A stretch of DNA of 64,000 bases from Octopus vulgaris. Taxonomy: Eukaryota. A program made the position numbers and the translations under genes. The stretch lies in NCBI GenBank assembly GCA_951406725.2, contig OX597818.1:137950001-138014000 (forward strand), written 5' to 3'. Every line of letters starts with the position of its first letter. The first letter of the stretch is position 1. The notes beneath the pieces were generated by a model. The model saw only the letters and a list, made by a program, of their open reading frames with translations, was not told where the DNA came from and did not search any database. Shown one piece after another: positions 43,191-58,296 of the stretch.

Positions 43191-44560
43191 GCAACGCATA
43201 TACACAACTACACTACAGAAAGAGTCTCCAGACAATTTCATAACAAAATTCTCTAAAATTCTCATCCTCCATCACTTCCACCACTATCACCACTACCAAC
43301 ACCACTACCAACACTACCACCACCACTACCACCACCACCATCACCACCACCATTACAACTACTACTACTACTACTACAACAACTACTACTACTACTACTA
43401 CTACTACTACAACTACTACAACAACAACTACTACTACTACTACTACCAACACTACCACCACCACTACCACCACCACCATTACAACTACTACTACAACAAC
43501 TACTACTACTACTACTACTACTACTACAACTACTACAACAACTACTACTACTACTACTACTACTACTACTGCTACCACTGCCATTGCCATTATTATGTCG
43601 ACATCTGCAACACCGTCTCGATGACGTCATACCTGTCGACATTTGTTTCACTCAAGATGCCCTCCCACTACCCGTGCATATGTCCTTCTCCTCCTACTGC
43701 AACCCAATCCTGTAGCAATACCATGCCATAAGTATTATATAAAAAGAAAAAAAGTACACATCCATCAACATCACCACAACCATCATCGTTATCATCAACT
43801 CAACTACCACCACAGTCACTACGTCATCATAGTCATACTCACCTTCCACCATCTCCACTACCGCCACAATCCACCTCCTCCTCTTCTTCTTCTTCTTCTT
43901 CTTCGTCTTCTTCCTCTTCTTCTTCTTCATCATCATCATCATCATCATTATGGTCATCTTCCTAATTCTTGTCATCATCCATCGCTCATAATTCATCTTC
44001 ATCATCGTCATCGTCACCATCATCGTCGACGTCGCCGTCATCATCATCATCATCATCATCATCATTATCATCAGCTTGATGATAACCATCATCATCGTTA
44101 TCAGCAGCGTCATCATCTTCATCTTGACTGACACCCCCAGTTAGCTTTACCACTACTTTCGTCATCATTACTACAACCACCATCAGCAATACCATCAATA
44201 CCACCACTTCAACTTCATCAACTACCGCTATTATCTCCACCACCACCACCACCATCACCACCACCACCACCACCATACCCTAACACCGTCACCAGCAACA
44301 CTGCTACTTACCCATCATTATCACCACCATCAAAACAACGTCATCATCATCACTATCATCATCAGCAGCAGCAGCATCATCATCATCATCATCATCATCA
44401 CCATCATCAATATCATCACCCTCATCACCATCATCATCATCATCATCATCATCACCATCATCAATATCATCACCCTCATCATCATCGTCATCATCGACAT
44501 CATCATCATCATCATCATCATCATCGTCATCATCATCATCATCAGCAGCAGCAGCAGCAG

Positions 44561-44597
<37 letters not shown>

Positions 44598-44650
44598 GTC
44601 ATCATCGTCATCATCGTCATCATCGTCATCATCATCAGCATCAGCAGCAG

Positions 44651-44712
<62 letters not shown>

Positions 44713-45696
44713 CCACTGCCATTATCACCACATATTTTACACCATCAAAGAGAAACCAAGCCGGCATGTTACGACTGTCCTCTCAGGGTATTTGTTTTAC
44801 TTGTTCTTTTGCAATTTTCTTGAGAGAGTGAGTGAGTGAGTGGGTGAGTGGGTGAGTGAGAGAGACAGAGAGGGAAAGAACGAGAGGAGAGAGCGAGAGA
44901 AGGAGAGAGAGAGAGAGAGAGGGAAAGAGAGGGAGAGGCGGGCATAAATATGGAATATTTTCATTGATGCCAATTATTACATGTAGTTTTCTTTAGTTGC
45001 ATTTCACTTCCGGCAAACTGTCGCTCTGATCCGGTTTAGATCCCCGGTTGCAGTCATTTCCCTTCTTTTATGTCACTAATAACATTGAAAAAAATGGCTC
45101 AAACAATCACATTACAAGATATTTTCCCACCTCCTACGGTCTCATAAATCTATGGCTTAAGATTAATGTCAGAAATAATCTCAGTTGCATCAGTAATAGA
45201 CTAGGAAAGGCATGACCATCACACCATCTCTGGTTGGTTTAAAACTCTTCCCTGTTTAACAGTGCCATATAATGCTTAGACGCCACCTTTAGTAGAGTCC
45301 ACTAAAACAGTAAAAAAATTTGTCACCTTCCTTATCACAAGTACCAGACTCCTGATGACTTTAGTGAAATTTACTGTACTGCAATCATTCGAGTCACGTC
45401 TGTGGTTATGAATGCTTTCCTTCCTTTCTATCAACAGTCATGGAACACCTGAAAAGAGACAGGGTTGTTGCTTTCATTGCCTTTACAAAACCATCAAAAT
45501 CAAATGCTTTCATACCTTAGTATGACCAAGGAAATTGCTTTGCTATGAAGCAGTTCAAAACATTTCGGAAAAAACCATACGTATTTTCGAGGGATTTCAT
45601 ATATTGATGTAATTCGCTTATGTTGTTAGATATACTTGGGAAAGGCATGAAATAACACTCGATATTTTTCTAAAGATATTCATAGGGGTTCACACA

Positions 45697-45860
45697 TATG
45701 ATAATCGGCTGAAAAGTTCATAGGCTGAATAAGACACTCTCATGGAATGTGCCCGAATGGGGTTTATTTTTCTACATAGTTCTCCCTGCGGTCTACACAC
45801 TTTTCCCATTGTGTTACAGTACTTGGACCCTGTTTATGAATATTTCATCCAGTTTGTCAA
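45697..45860 (-). mobile_element. Mariner-type transposon 3' end
   Basis: Minus strand VTQWEKCVDRRENYVEK* (45764-45818), then a TIR-like end seen on plus as gctgaaaagttc, similar to 11072. Confidence 0.72.
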
Positions 45861-46165
45861 GAAAAAAAAAAACACCAACGGCAGATATGAGATCATCATC
45901 ACACTGATACTATTTCCCAGCCAAGTGTATTTTTTTTTTGTTTTTTTTTTTCGTGCTGGGAAGCAGATGATAGTCACATGAGAGCACATCTCTAACGACT
46001 GAGAAGAGAGACAGGCTTCTTCCCTACGACAAGCGTGATGGAGTCATATCAGCGCTGATTTCAGTGACTCATTTCTTCGTTGCCGAGGGCTAAAGCACCT
46101 AAGTCACCCTGTCAGCTTTATAGGAAGATTAACTGATTTCGAAAATGGTGAAGTGAGAATTACAA

Positions 46166-46263
<98 letters not shown>

Positions 46264-46278
46264 CATTATTATTATTAT

Positions 46279-48006
46279 CTTTTTTTCTTCTTCTTCTTTC
46301 AAATTTGCTTCCATTTCTTGCCGAGTGTCTTCCCGACTCCTAGGGCAAAGAAACTCATAGTATACATTGGTAGGCCATTAAACTAAACTCACTAGTTCGT
46401 TCATTTTTTTTTTTTAAAGTTAAATTAAAATACATGGGTAGTAATAGTTCTCACATCGATAATGCTCTTCTCAATACGTGTGATGTACCAGTTAAGACAA
46501 TCTTTTGCACTTCTTGCAGGGATGGTAAGCCAGGGATCATTCTCATATAATTTTCGGTTCCCTTCTTGATCATTTCTAGTGCTCCTACGATCACTGGTAT
46601 TGTAACCGCCTTGAGATGCCACATTTTCTCAATTTCAATGAGCAGGTCTTTATATTTTCTGAGCTTGACAAACTCTTTCGCCGAGATATTATGATCACAG
46701 GGGATGCTCATGTCGATCAATAACCAAATATATTGTTTTGGTCTTTCACAACAATATCCGGTTTATTGGCTTTGATGGTTCGGTCTATATGTACTGGAAA
46801 GTCCCACAGAATCGTTACATTTTCTCCCTCAGTTACAGCTTCAGGGTGGTGATTATACTACTTGTCGGCAGTTTTGATATTGTAATGCCGACTTATTAGC
46901 CAGTGTAGATATTGGCCAACTCTGTCATGTCTTAATTTATACTCCACTGGTGCTAAGACTTTACATCCAGAGATTAGGTGATCCACTGTTTCAATCATGT
47001 CGTTGCAGAATCGGCATTTTGGGTCTGCTCCATTTTTCATCACATTGGCCTGGTAGTTCCGGGTTAATAGGCTTTGACTTTGGGCAGCCAGGATGAAACC
47101 TTCGCTCTCTGCTTTTAGCCCTGAGCTCCGTAGCCACTGATGGGTTTGCTTCTGGCCAACATCAGCTTGTTTGCTACGGGCCACATATTTGCCGTGCAGA
47201 GGTTTCTCCTCCCACCTATCAGCCAATTGCTCGTGCGCTTTTTTCGTTGCCATTATTTTCACCTTCTTTGCAACAACAGTTGCCGTACTTCCCTCGGGTT
47301 GTTCAGTTTGGGTATCCTGCACGAGATCAATAGCAAATTTTTTGCTTTCCTTTATGATAGAATGAAGCTTCTTTCGTCTCTCGTGATTTTCCACGAGCTT
47401 TAGCATCCAGTCATTCGTTATTTCAAGATATTTGGCCAGTCCAATTGTGATTGTTTTGTAAGCTAGTTCAAATTGGATCAGGCCTCGACCTCCTTGGACT
47501 CTGGGGAGGTAAAGGCGATCTACGTCTGCCTTTGGGTGGTGCATCCTATTACAACTCAGCAGCTTGCGTATTTTCCTATCTATATTCTTTACTTCATTCA
47601 TATTCCAGTTCAACACATTGTAGCTATAAGTAACAACTGGAACTGCTAAGGAATTTATAGCTAACACCTTGTTACGTGCATTTAGTTCAGATTTCAGGAC
47701 TGCACGGACTCTCCTATAACATTCCTTCCTGATCTTCTCTTTTATGCTTGCATGATGAATACCAGAGCCTTCATTTATCCCTAAATATTTGTATGTTTGT
47801 TCTTGCTCAAGCTCTCTTATGACTGTGTCAACATCTAGCACGACTGAATTTGTGGTCTTCACTTTCCCTTTCTGGAAAGTGGCTTTGGCACACTTCTCAA
47901 GCCCAAACTCCATCCCGATGTCATCGCTGAATGCTTTCACAGTGTGCAATAGGCCTTCAAGTTCATTATCGTCTTTACCATAGAGTTTTAAGTCATCCAT
48001 ATAAAA

Positions 48007-48007
<1 letters not shown>
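46279..48007 (-). pseudogene. 5'-truncated R4/Dong-clade non-LTR retrotransposon (RT C-terminal half, CCHC finger, REL endonuclease, 3' UTR)
   Basis: YMDD, YKYLG, RLYLPRVQGGRGL, CRFC...ETVDHLISGC, RHD, KPDIVV, KYKDL, PVIVGAL. One TAG at 46858 and one frameshift near 46725. (TAA)n on both flanks. Confidence 0.95.
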
Positions 48008-48076
<69 letters not shown>

Positions 48077-48109
48077 GTTATATAAGACAAGATATATTAT
48101 TATTATTAT

Positions 48110-48462
48110 TATATAAGACAAGATATAAATAATGGTCATAACATATTTTTCATTTATTAGAGTGAATTTGTTGCGAAGCTGTTTCCAGTTGTCATTATAG
48201 GTACGTTACTGATAGATTTATTCAATTGGTCTTTTGATCAGTTGAGAGAAGTTGAAAGACCTAAGAAAATTTAATTCTACTTTTGTCAAAGCCATTTCTG
48301 GTTATAGGTTGTTCAATTTTTCTCTATTGATCAAAAGACCAATTGAGTAAACCTACCAGTAACGTACCTATAAGGACAACTGGAAACAACTGTAAGCTAA
48401 ATTCACTTTAATAGAGGAAAAATATGGAATAACCATTATTTATACGTTGATATATATCTTAT
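48110..48462. mobile_element. Fold-back MITE-like element
   Basis: Inverted arms tataaataatgg...tgtttccagttgtcattataggtacgttactg...caattggtcttttgatca and their complement at about 48327-48445. Confidence 0.8.
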
Positions 48463-48643
48463 ATATCCCAAACTTGGATTTACAATATAGCATTGTGATG
48501 AACCAGAACCTCCTACTGTGCCATAAGAATATTTGAAGTTCTTTACTAATCTAAACAATACTGTTAGCTTGATGTGCCAACAGAGGGCTTATGAAGTATT
48601 TTGCCCGGATTGATAACCCCTCACTATTAGCTCTGTTTTATAT

Positions 48644-48730
<87 letters not shown>

Positions 48731-49183
48731 TATAATTGTGTATGAAAACCACTATATGGATTCCTTACATACTATAAATGGCAGTCAAAGCCTAAAACCA
48801 CGAAAGAATGTTCTTACATTAAAGAGCGTTGTTCTGTACGTGAGTAAAACATTTGAGTTTTAAAAAAATATAGTAAACCTTAAACTCTTGGGTTTCGCTT
48901 TAATGACCAAATAAATCAACAAATAAAATAATGAATTGATTAATTATTCATCCGTAGCTCGTCAGTCAGGTTGCTATTAGATATTTAATATGTGTGGAAT
49001 ATGAAGGGAAAATGTAATTGGAATCTACTCATATGATGAAGTTATTTACGTATCTACCTCTCAGAAACACCTCGGAACATCTAGATGTTTCTGCAACCAT
49101 TCACTTCTTCAACAGATCTTTAAAGAGACGAGTTCATATAAGAGTACTCTATTGCTAGCAGTCAACCACGAGGTATAGAACAT

Positions 49184-49410
49184 GGCGAGCTGGCAGAAAC
49201 GTTAGCACACCGGGCGAAATGCGTAGCCGTATTTTGTCTGCCATTACGTTCTGAGTTCAAATTCTGCCACGGTCGACTTTGCCTTTCATCCATTCGGGGT
49301 CGATAAATTAAGTACCAGTTATGCACTGGGGTCGATGTAATCGACTTAATCCGTTTGTCTATCCTTGTTTGTCCTCTCTGTGTTTAGCCCCTTGTGGGTA
49401 GTAAAGATAT
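49184..49410 (+). mobile_element. SINE family B copy with 13-bp TSD
   Basis: aggtatagaacat at 49171-49183 and 49411-49423. Confidence 0.95.
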
Positions 49411-50616
49411 AGGTATAGAACATAATGTGATTGGCAAGTATAAGAGCAACAGTGCGCGTGTGTTTAAAAAACATATATAATCGAAAATGTGGTAGTGGCA
49501 GTGAAAATTGCTTTCAGAGTATTCTTTTTAAGAACGATATTGAGTTACAATGCTTGAAATGCCAGTTTTTTTCTCATCGTTAGTGATAATGACAATACTA
49601 AATTAGAAGAACGTTACTATTATACACAGTCGAAGGATATTGAGGCAAGAGAATGATAGAGTGTGATTCGATAGAGCATTTGAAGAATTTGTAATACAGG
49701 CTGTGTCAAAGAGGAGTTAGACAAACTGGTACTGGATGGCGGAGTTGGTACAATGGTAAGTAAAATCGGACAAAGACGATTGGGTGTTGTGTTGATGCTG
49801 GTGATTAATTTACCAAGCTGACTGGACATCGAACCTTTTAATGTTAGAGTCAAATACACACCCGCACGCACGCACACACATCCACACAAACATACAAGTG
49901 CGCATGAACGCATGTGCAGAAATATATACGAACAGAAAGCGTGAGAGAGAGAGAGGGAACTGGTGGCAGAGAATGAGAGAAGCATTAAAATGAGACAAAG
50001 AGTAAAACGTCGGTTGTCAAAAAAGTCAGCGTTGAATAATCAACATCAAATAAGCGTCACGATGGCCGCGCCAAAACGCCCTCATAACCAGGTATATATA
50101 TCATAACCTTGCAGTATTTAGTTGGATCCATTTGCGTTATCAGTTCCATTCCTGCTGAGATCTATTACGTATTTCATCGGTTCAGAGGTCGATAGAATAT
50201 GTCTGAGTCAAAATCGTGTGTTTCGTAGAATCGATTGTTTCTTCACGTAAGCTATATGTCTGACTTGTTCTTATTGCTGCTTTTTTGTTTGTTTGTAACG
50301 ATTTTACAGCGCGGTGTCTGAATTGCAAGAAATAGTTTCACTAGGAAATCGAACTCATAAACACAGCTAATCAATTGATTCACACCACTTAACCTACGCA
50401 CATGTACACACACACACACGTGCGCGCACACATACACACACACTTACTCACACACACACACGTACACACATTTACACATATTGATACATACGCCCGCTCA
50501 GACAAACACACATGTATTAATAAAAATTCTTTTATATTGATAAATACGCACACTAGCTGATACACATGCATGCATCTATACACAAATTCACACACACACA
50601 CATATTGAATATATAC

Positions 50617-50814
<198 letters not shown>

Positions 50815-51135
50815 CACAGACATTTCCCAAATGAAATCCTTAAGAACAAGTACACACATGCACAAAACCCATAACACAGTCAACAAATGAAATCAATTCA
50901 CAGAAATATCAATACACACACACCCAAATACCCATAGGCACAACCAAATACCCATACATGCACACAAATACCCATACATGCAACTACACGCGTGCGTGCA
51001 CAATCACAGACAGCCAAACATACCATTAGTTAACAAGTCAATGAGTGGAATATATAGATATACAAATAAACACAAAAATATTACTTATTTATGTAAATAC
51101 ACATTAAAGCATAAAAATCAAATCAATATATCACA

Positions 51136-51214
<79 letters not shown>

Positions 51215-51308
51215 GATATACATAAACACATATCTCTCTCTCTCTTTCTCTCTCTCTCTCTATATATATATTTATATATATACATAAACATACACGCCCA
51301 GATACATG

Positions 51309-51370
<62 letters not shown>

Positions 51371-51937
51371 TGGCTGCATTACAGTACTACACACGAATCC
51401 GTATACAATGCGCACAGAAATATCAATAACGAACCAAATATTTTCTAAAGTCTTTCTATAACGCTTTGATATCCTCCAACAAAGCACTACTCTGTTCGTG
51501 CCTGTGAGTATGCATGCGTGAGTGCGTGCACGTGAGTGAGTGAGTGAGTGATCGATTGATTGAGTGAGTGAGTGACCGACTGAGTGAGTGAATGAGTGTC
51601 TGCTAGTGCAGACACAGGAAATGTCACGCGTATTGTACCTGTAATTAGAAACATTTCGTTTCTATAGTGTTCTAATAACACTTTGATATCCCCACACAAA
51701 ACATTTCTATAAAATCTATGTATCTATACATACATACCTACGTATGTATGTATGTATGTATGTATGTATGTATGTATGTATGTATGTATGTATGTATGTA
51801 TGAATGTATGTATGTATGTATGTATGTTTGTATGTATGTATGTATATATGTTAGTAAAGTTTCGTTTCTGAAGTATTCTATAAACACTTTGATATCCATG
51901 CCCTGAACATAACTATTAAATATCTGTCTATCTATCA

Positions 51938-52015
<78 letters not shown>

Positions 52016-52524
52016 ACATACATATGTATGTATATATAATAGTGAATGTGTGTGTGTCTGTGCGTATAAATATATATATATATATATAGGTATATATATA
52101 TGTATATATGTATATATATGCATGTATATTATATATATGTATATATATGTGTATGTATGTATATATATATGTATATATATATATGTATGTATGTATGAAT
52201 GTATATATACATGATCATTCATTATATTTATAACCACTACGTCTGTTGGTGCAATCAAAAGGACTACAATGCATAATGCACCTGTAATTAGTAACTTTTC
52301 GTTCTACTTTGATATAAACCAAACAAACTAACTTATACTATAACGACCAATATTTCATAGACTATAAATTACCAAAATATTTGACTAAATATGTGTCCTG
52401 CATTATTATTAATGATATCACCAATTCAATCACACCTGTGAACGTGCGTGAATGGAGGCATTTATACACGTTTGTATGTGTATATCATTGAGTATACATG
52501 TGTGTGTGTGTGCATGTGTGTGCT

Positions 52525-52561
<37 letters not shown>

Positions 52562-52714
52562 CTGTATGTGAAAGAGAGGGAGAGGTATCAACAACTTGGA
52601 AATTGCACTTAACATTAAAGGAATAATCTCAGCTGATAATACAGTAAGGTACCTCGTGTTTAATGCACTCAAACATACATGTATGTGTGTGTATATATTT
52701 ATATATATATATAC

Positions 52715-52810
<96 letters not shown>

Positions 52811-53029
52811 TATATATATATTACATACATACGCACACTTTTGTGTGCAAGTATAAATTACATATATAAGTATTCATACGTATGTATACACATATGCAGT
52901 GCATCGATTGGTGTGTCAGCTAATCTCCGTATATCAGTCTACTAGTAGATTCATTAATCTTTGTTTGTCTATCTATCTATGTAGCTAGCTAGCTATGTAA
53001 TTATCTCTCTCTCTCTCTCTCTATCTCTC

Positions 53030-53093
<64 letters not shown>

Positions 53094-53196
53094 GGAGTAA
53101 ACACATAAATGTGTAACAAGGTGGAAAAATAGAGTACTCAAATACCAGTGGTAGAGTAATATGCTTTATTTAAAGCAGCAGAAAATTCAACAAAAT

Positions 53197-53234
53197 CTGT
53201 TACTCTGAGTTTCTCGTTGCCGTTCATCAGACAG
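53197..53234 (-). ncRNA. Type I hammerhead ribozyme motif
   Basis: cugu-CUGAUGA-acg-gcaa-cga-GAAA-cu-cag-ag-UA-acag. Confidence 0.72.
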
Positions 53235-53249
53235 TTTTTGTTAGAAAAG

Positions 53250-53287
53250 CTGTCTGATGAACGGCAACGAGAAACTTAGAGTAACAG
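53250..53287 (+). ncRNA. Type I hammerhead ribozyme motif
   Basis: Stem I cugu/acag, CUGAUGA at 53254-53260, stem II with GCAA loop (A-A mismatch at its base), GAAA at 53271-53274, GUA cleavage triplet. Confidence 0.72.
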
Positions 53288-53809
53288 ATTTTGTTGAATT
53301 TTCAGCTGCTTTAAATAAAGTATATATATATATATATATAAATTAGAAAAAAAAATCACCTTTTATCAATTCAATAATGAAAAATTAAATTATGCTATTT
53401 AGAAAAAAATTACATATAGAAAGATTTAATATAGGATAAAACATATAACAATGATTAAGTAATGTGCAAAATAGTAAAAAAACGTATGTAAGAATGCTAT
53501 CTCATATTATTATTATTATTATATATATGATATATACATATATAGTCTACTAATAGATCCATTAATCTTGGTTTGTCTCTGTATCTAACTATCAAATTAT
53601 CTACTAGATTTACGTATAATTTTACCTATCTGCCTGTCTATATAAATAATAATTATTTCTCTACTCTTCCAGGTATTTTTCTTAAGCTTAATGTATTTGT
53701 CTATCTATCTATATAGCTATACGTGAGATAGCATTCTTATATGCATGTACACACGCTTGCATCCCGGTACACATATGTATGTATGTGCGTGTGGATATAT
53801 ATATATTTC

Positions 53810-53880
<71 letters not shown>

Positions 53881-54110
53881 TTATATACACACATATATCT
53901 GTGTGTATGTGTACATGTTTGTATTAGAATATGCATGTATGTATGTATCTGCATGAGAATTTAGAAAAGAGAGGAAAACGTACTTAATACAAGTGGAATT
54001 TATTCAAAGCAGTGTCTTCTCTTCGCCGAAGGCGGGGTTGGGGCGTCCGAACTCGAATAGATGCGTCGATACGTGCGTGTATGTATATATGTGTGTGTGA
54101 GTGTGTATAT

Positions 54111-54144
<34 letters not shown>

Positions 54145-54485
54145 ACATATATATATAGATACATATACATATACATATATATACACATATATATATATAT
54201 ATAGGTATGTATATATATAAACACGTATGTATCTATATATTTATATGTGTATGTAGGTACGTATATGTGTATGTATATGTGTGTAGGAAGGGAGCAAAGG
54301 GGGTTATTGATATATCGATAAATAGACGTCTGCTATTGAATATTGATTGGTATTCATTACATCCAAAGTGGCATGCAGCGGCATATATTAAGTACTCCAA
54401 CTTACCTAAGAAGTATCCACTTTTTTTCATATTTTTACCTCCTTTTTTTCCTTCCTACTGACTTTAATGTTTGTCTGTCCGAATC

Positions 54486-54516
<31 letters not shown>

Positions 54517-54559
54517 CATATACATATATATACATCTATATTATATATATATGTATAAA

Positions 54560-54608
<49 letters not shown>

Positions 54609-54916
54609 ATATATATACTTATACACATATATATGTATATATAGATATGTATACTTAGAAAGTCGTACACACATATATATAAGCATTTATACATATGCAT
54701 ATACATGCATAAAAATATATACACATGTATATGAATTTGTGTATATGTGTAGACATACATATATGTATATTTGTATAAATGTATATAAACGTGTATATAA
54801 ACATGTATATATATATGAATATATATATATATAAATATATATATATACAGAGATATATACATGTATATAAACATGCATATATGTATACATGTATACATAT
54901 ATATATACATATATAC

Positions 54917-54962
<46 letters not shown>

Positions 54963-55159
54963 ATATATGTGTCCTTATCGATTTACTTTTCCAATCGTCT
55001 TTTTTGTATTTGTTATCGGTGGTTTTCCTTTTTCTATTATTGTTATATAAAGGATATTTACACAACATGTATAATATCTATTCTATTAAGGGTGTATATC
55101 GGGGAACGGTGCTAAGCGGGGTGTCAACGTATGATATGTTGAATAAAGGAGAAAGAGAG

Positions 55160-55192
<33 letters not shown>

Positions 55193-56128
55193 ATGGGGGT
55201 GTGAGACTGAACATGTGTAAATAAAACTTGTATTTACATATAACTCTATGCTGAAGACTGTGTGTGTATGTGTGTGCGTGTGTGTGTGTGTGGTTCAAAG
55301 AAGGAGGCGGAATGAGAGAGAGGGGGAGAGAGAAAGTGGGAGGGGTATGGGGAGAGATTTGGCGGGAGAATGATGGCTTTGTTGTTTGTCTTTAATAAAA
55401 ATAAAATGAAATGATAAAAATATGCACGTGATTCTTTCGACACGAAGTCAATAGAGGAATCAATAAGGTGAATCATTTCATCTCTGTTGTTCCCATCACC
55501 ATCACCATCACCACCACCACCAACACCAACACCACTACCACCACTACCAACACCACCACAACCTTCACAAACTATCGCAAACCATCATCGCACACCGCCA
55601 TGACAAACTGACCGCCGCCACAAACTTCTGCCATAGACCGAACTAGAGACCGCCACAGCTGGGCCACCACCGCTACCCCTACCACCACCACAACCACCAG
55701 CAGCATCACCATCACCACTACTACCACCATCACCACCACCACCACTACCACTGCCGCGACCACCACCACCACTGCCACCACCGCCACCAGTACCACCAAC
55801 ACCACCACCCTCACCACAACCACTGCGACCATCACCACAGTCACAACCACACCACCACAGCCACCACCACCACCGTTGCCACCAACGCCGCCACCACCAC
55901 CACCACCACTACCACAAACTATCACCGCAGACTCCCATCACAAATCGACCGTTGCCACAAACCTCTGCCATAGAAGGAACTAGAGACTGCCACTGCTGGC
56001 CACCACCATTGACAAGAATACCACCCCATCCCCAGAAACTAGTATCTTAGATTGTCACCACAATTTACCACCACAAACCACCACTAGAGGCAACTATCAT
56101 AGGCCTTTGCTACAAGATACACAACTAT

Positions 56129-56360
56129 ATATTTCTTTACTGCCCTCAAGGGGCTAAACATAGAGGGGACAAACAAGGGCAGACAAAGGGATTAAGTCGA
56201 TTACATAGACCCAGTGCGAAACTGGTACTTTATTTATCGACCCCGAGAGGATGAAAGGCAAAGTCGACCTCGGCGGAATTTGAACTCAGAACGTAACGGT
56301 AGACGAAATACGGCTACGCATTTCGCCCGACGTGCTAACGATTCTGCCAGCTCGCCGCCT
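56129..56360 (-). mobile_element. SINE family B full-length copy
   Basis: Intact head and tail. Imperfect 11-bp TSD tacac(a/c)actat at 56118 and 56361. Confidence 0.93.
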
Positions 56361-56596
56361 TACACCACTATCACCACCAATACACACCGCCATCACCGCC
56401 ACCATAAACTGACTCCACAAACCGCGACCAGAGATCACCATCACTGACCACCAGCACACCCACACACATACACTCCGCCTATATTAGTCGCCACCGCAAA
56501 ACGCCACAGACCAACTACCACCACCTCATGCCGGCTCCAAAAATCTATCTTCAACCTGAGACGAACAACCACCGACTACTGCACTACCACACGACT

Positions 56597-56638
<42 letters not shown>

Positions 56639-56674
56639 GCCATCAACAGCATCACCACCATCATCAACATTATT

Positions 56675-57047
56675 ACTCTTTACTCTTTTACTCTTTTACT
56701 TGTTTCAGTCATTTGACTGCGGCCATGCTGGAGCACCACCTTTTAGTACTTATTCTATCGGTCTCTATTTGCCGAACCGCTAAGTGACGGGGACCTAAAC
56801 ACACCAGCATCGGTTGTCAAGCAATGCTAGGGGGACAAACACAGACACACAAACACACGCATACATATATATATACATATATACGACAGGCTTCTTTCAG
56901 TTTCCGTCTACCAAATCCACTCACAAGGCATTGGTCGGCCCGGGGCTATAGCAGAAGACACTTGCCCAAGATGCCACGCAGTGGGACTGAACCCGCAACC
57001 GTGTGGTTGGTTAGCAAGCTACTTACCACACAGCCACTCCTGCGCCT
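56675..57047 (-). mobile_element. SINE family A copy
   Basis: Complete head ending cagccactcctgcgcct, with an internal deletion in the 3' part. Confidence 0.92.
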
Positions 57048-57143
57048 ATTATCATCATCATTGTCATCATCACTGTCATCATTCATCATTGTCGTCTTCG
57101 TTATCATCACCATCACCATCATCGTTGTCATTATCATCAACAC

Positions 57144-57184
<41 letters not shown>

Positions 57185-58094
57185 CCATCATCATTCATCA
57201 TTGCCGGCGTCATCACCAACATCATCGTCATCGTTGTCGTTATCATTATCACCATTGGCGACATCGTCGTCTTCGTCGTCGTCATCATCATCATCATCAC
57301 TATCAGCATCATCATTGTCATCATCGCCATCGTCATTCATCATGGTCGTCATCATCATCATCATCATCATCACCACGACCACCAACACCATCACCACCAT
57401 TGCCACCACCACCACCAGCAAGAAGACCAGCAGTTTATCGATATTTTAGCCTCGCCATTTTGCCCAATCACCGATTAAATATGGAACAACAACGACAACA
57501 AGAATAACAACAACAACAATCACCACCACCACCACTGCCGCCACCACCACCACCACCGACATCATCGCCACCACCAAAACACCAACACCAACACCAACAC
57601 CACCACTGCGACCACTATCACAGCCACCACCGCACCACTGCCGCCACCACCATCACCACCGACATCATCACCACCACCACCAGTACCATCAACACCAACA
57701 CCAACACCACCACTGCGACCACCATCACAGCCACCACCACACCACCACAGCAACCGCAACCGCCGTTTCCACCACCGCCGCCGCCGCCACCACTACCTCC
57801 ACCACAACCAGCACTATCATAATGATACACTTTAACGTGACGTTACATTCGTCCTGTTATTGTTGTAGATCTGTGCATCTTTCAGAACGTGTCTTATTGA
57901 TGTCAATCGAACTTGAATCGGACATTGCGTTTGACTTAACGTTGGTCACCTGTTATTATCATCATCGTCGTCATCATCGTCGTCGTCATCATCATCATTG
58001 TCGTCGTCGTCATCATCATCGTTGTTGTCATCATCGTTACCATCATCATCGTTGTCGTCGCTGTCGTCATCATCATCATCATCGTCATCGTCAC

Positions 58095-58164
<70 letters not shown>

Positions 58165-58243
58165 ATCATCATCATCGTCGTCGTCGTCGTCATCATCATT
58201 GTCATTGTCACCTACTTCTATGTATATGTACGTGTGTATGTGC

Positions 58244-58296
<53 letters not shown>

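Larger units (their letters stand above)
53091..53320. mobile_element. (TA)n-embedded Penelope pLTR-like element with inverted duplication
   Basis: Arms 53164-53238 and 53246-53320 are inverted copies, and each has AATAAA downstream of a hammerhead core. Confidence 0.85.

Noticed and set aside
46858-48090. Intact 410-aa host protein
   Set aside because: The N-terminus is an (ATA)n microsatellite, and the remainder is a truncated retrotransposon ORF with a premature stop.
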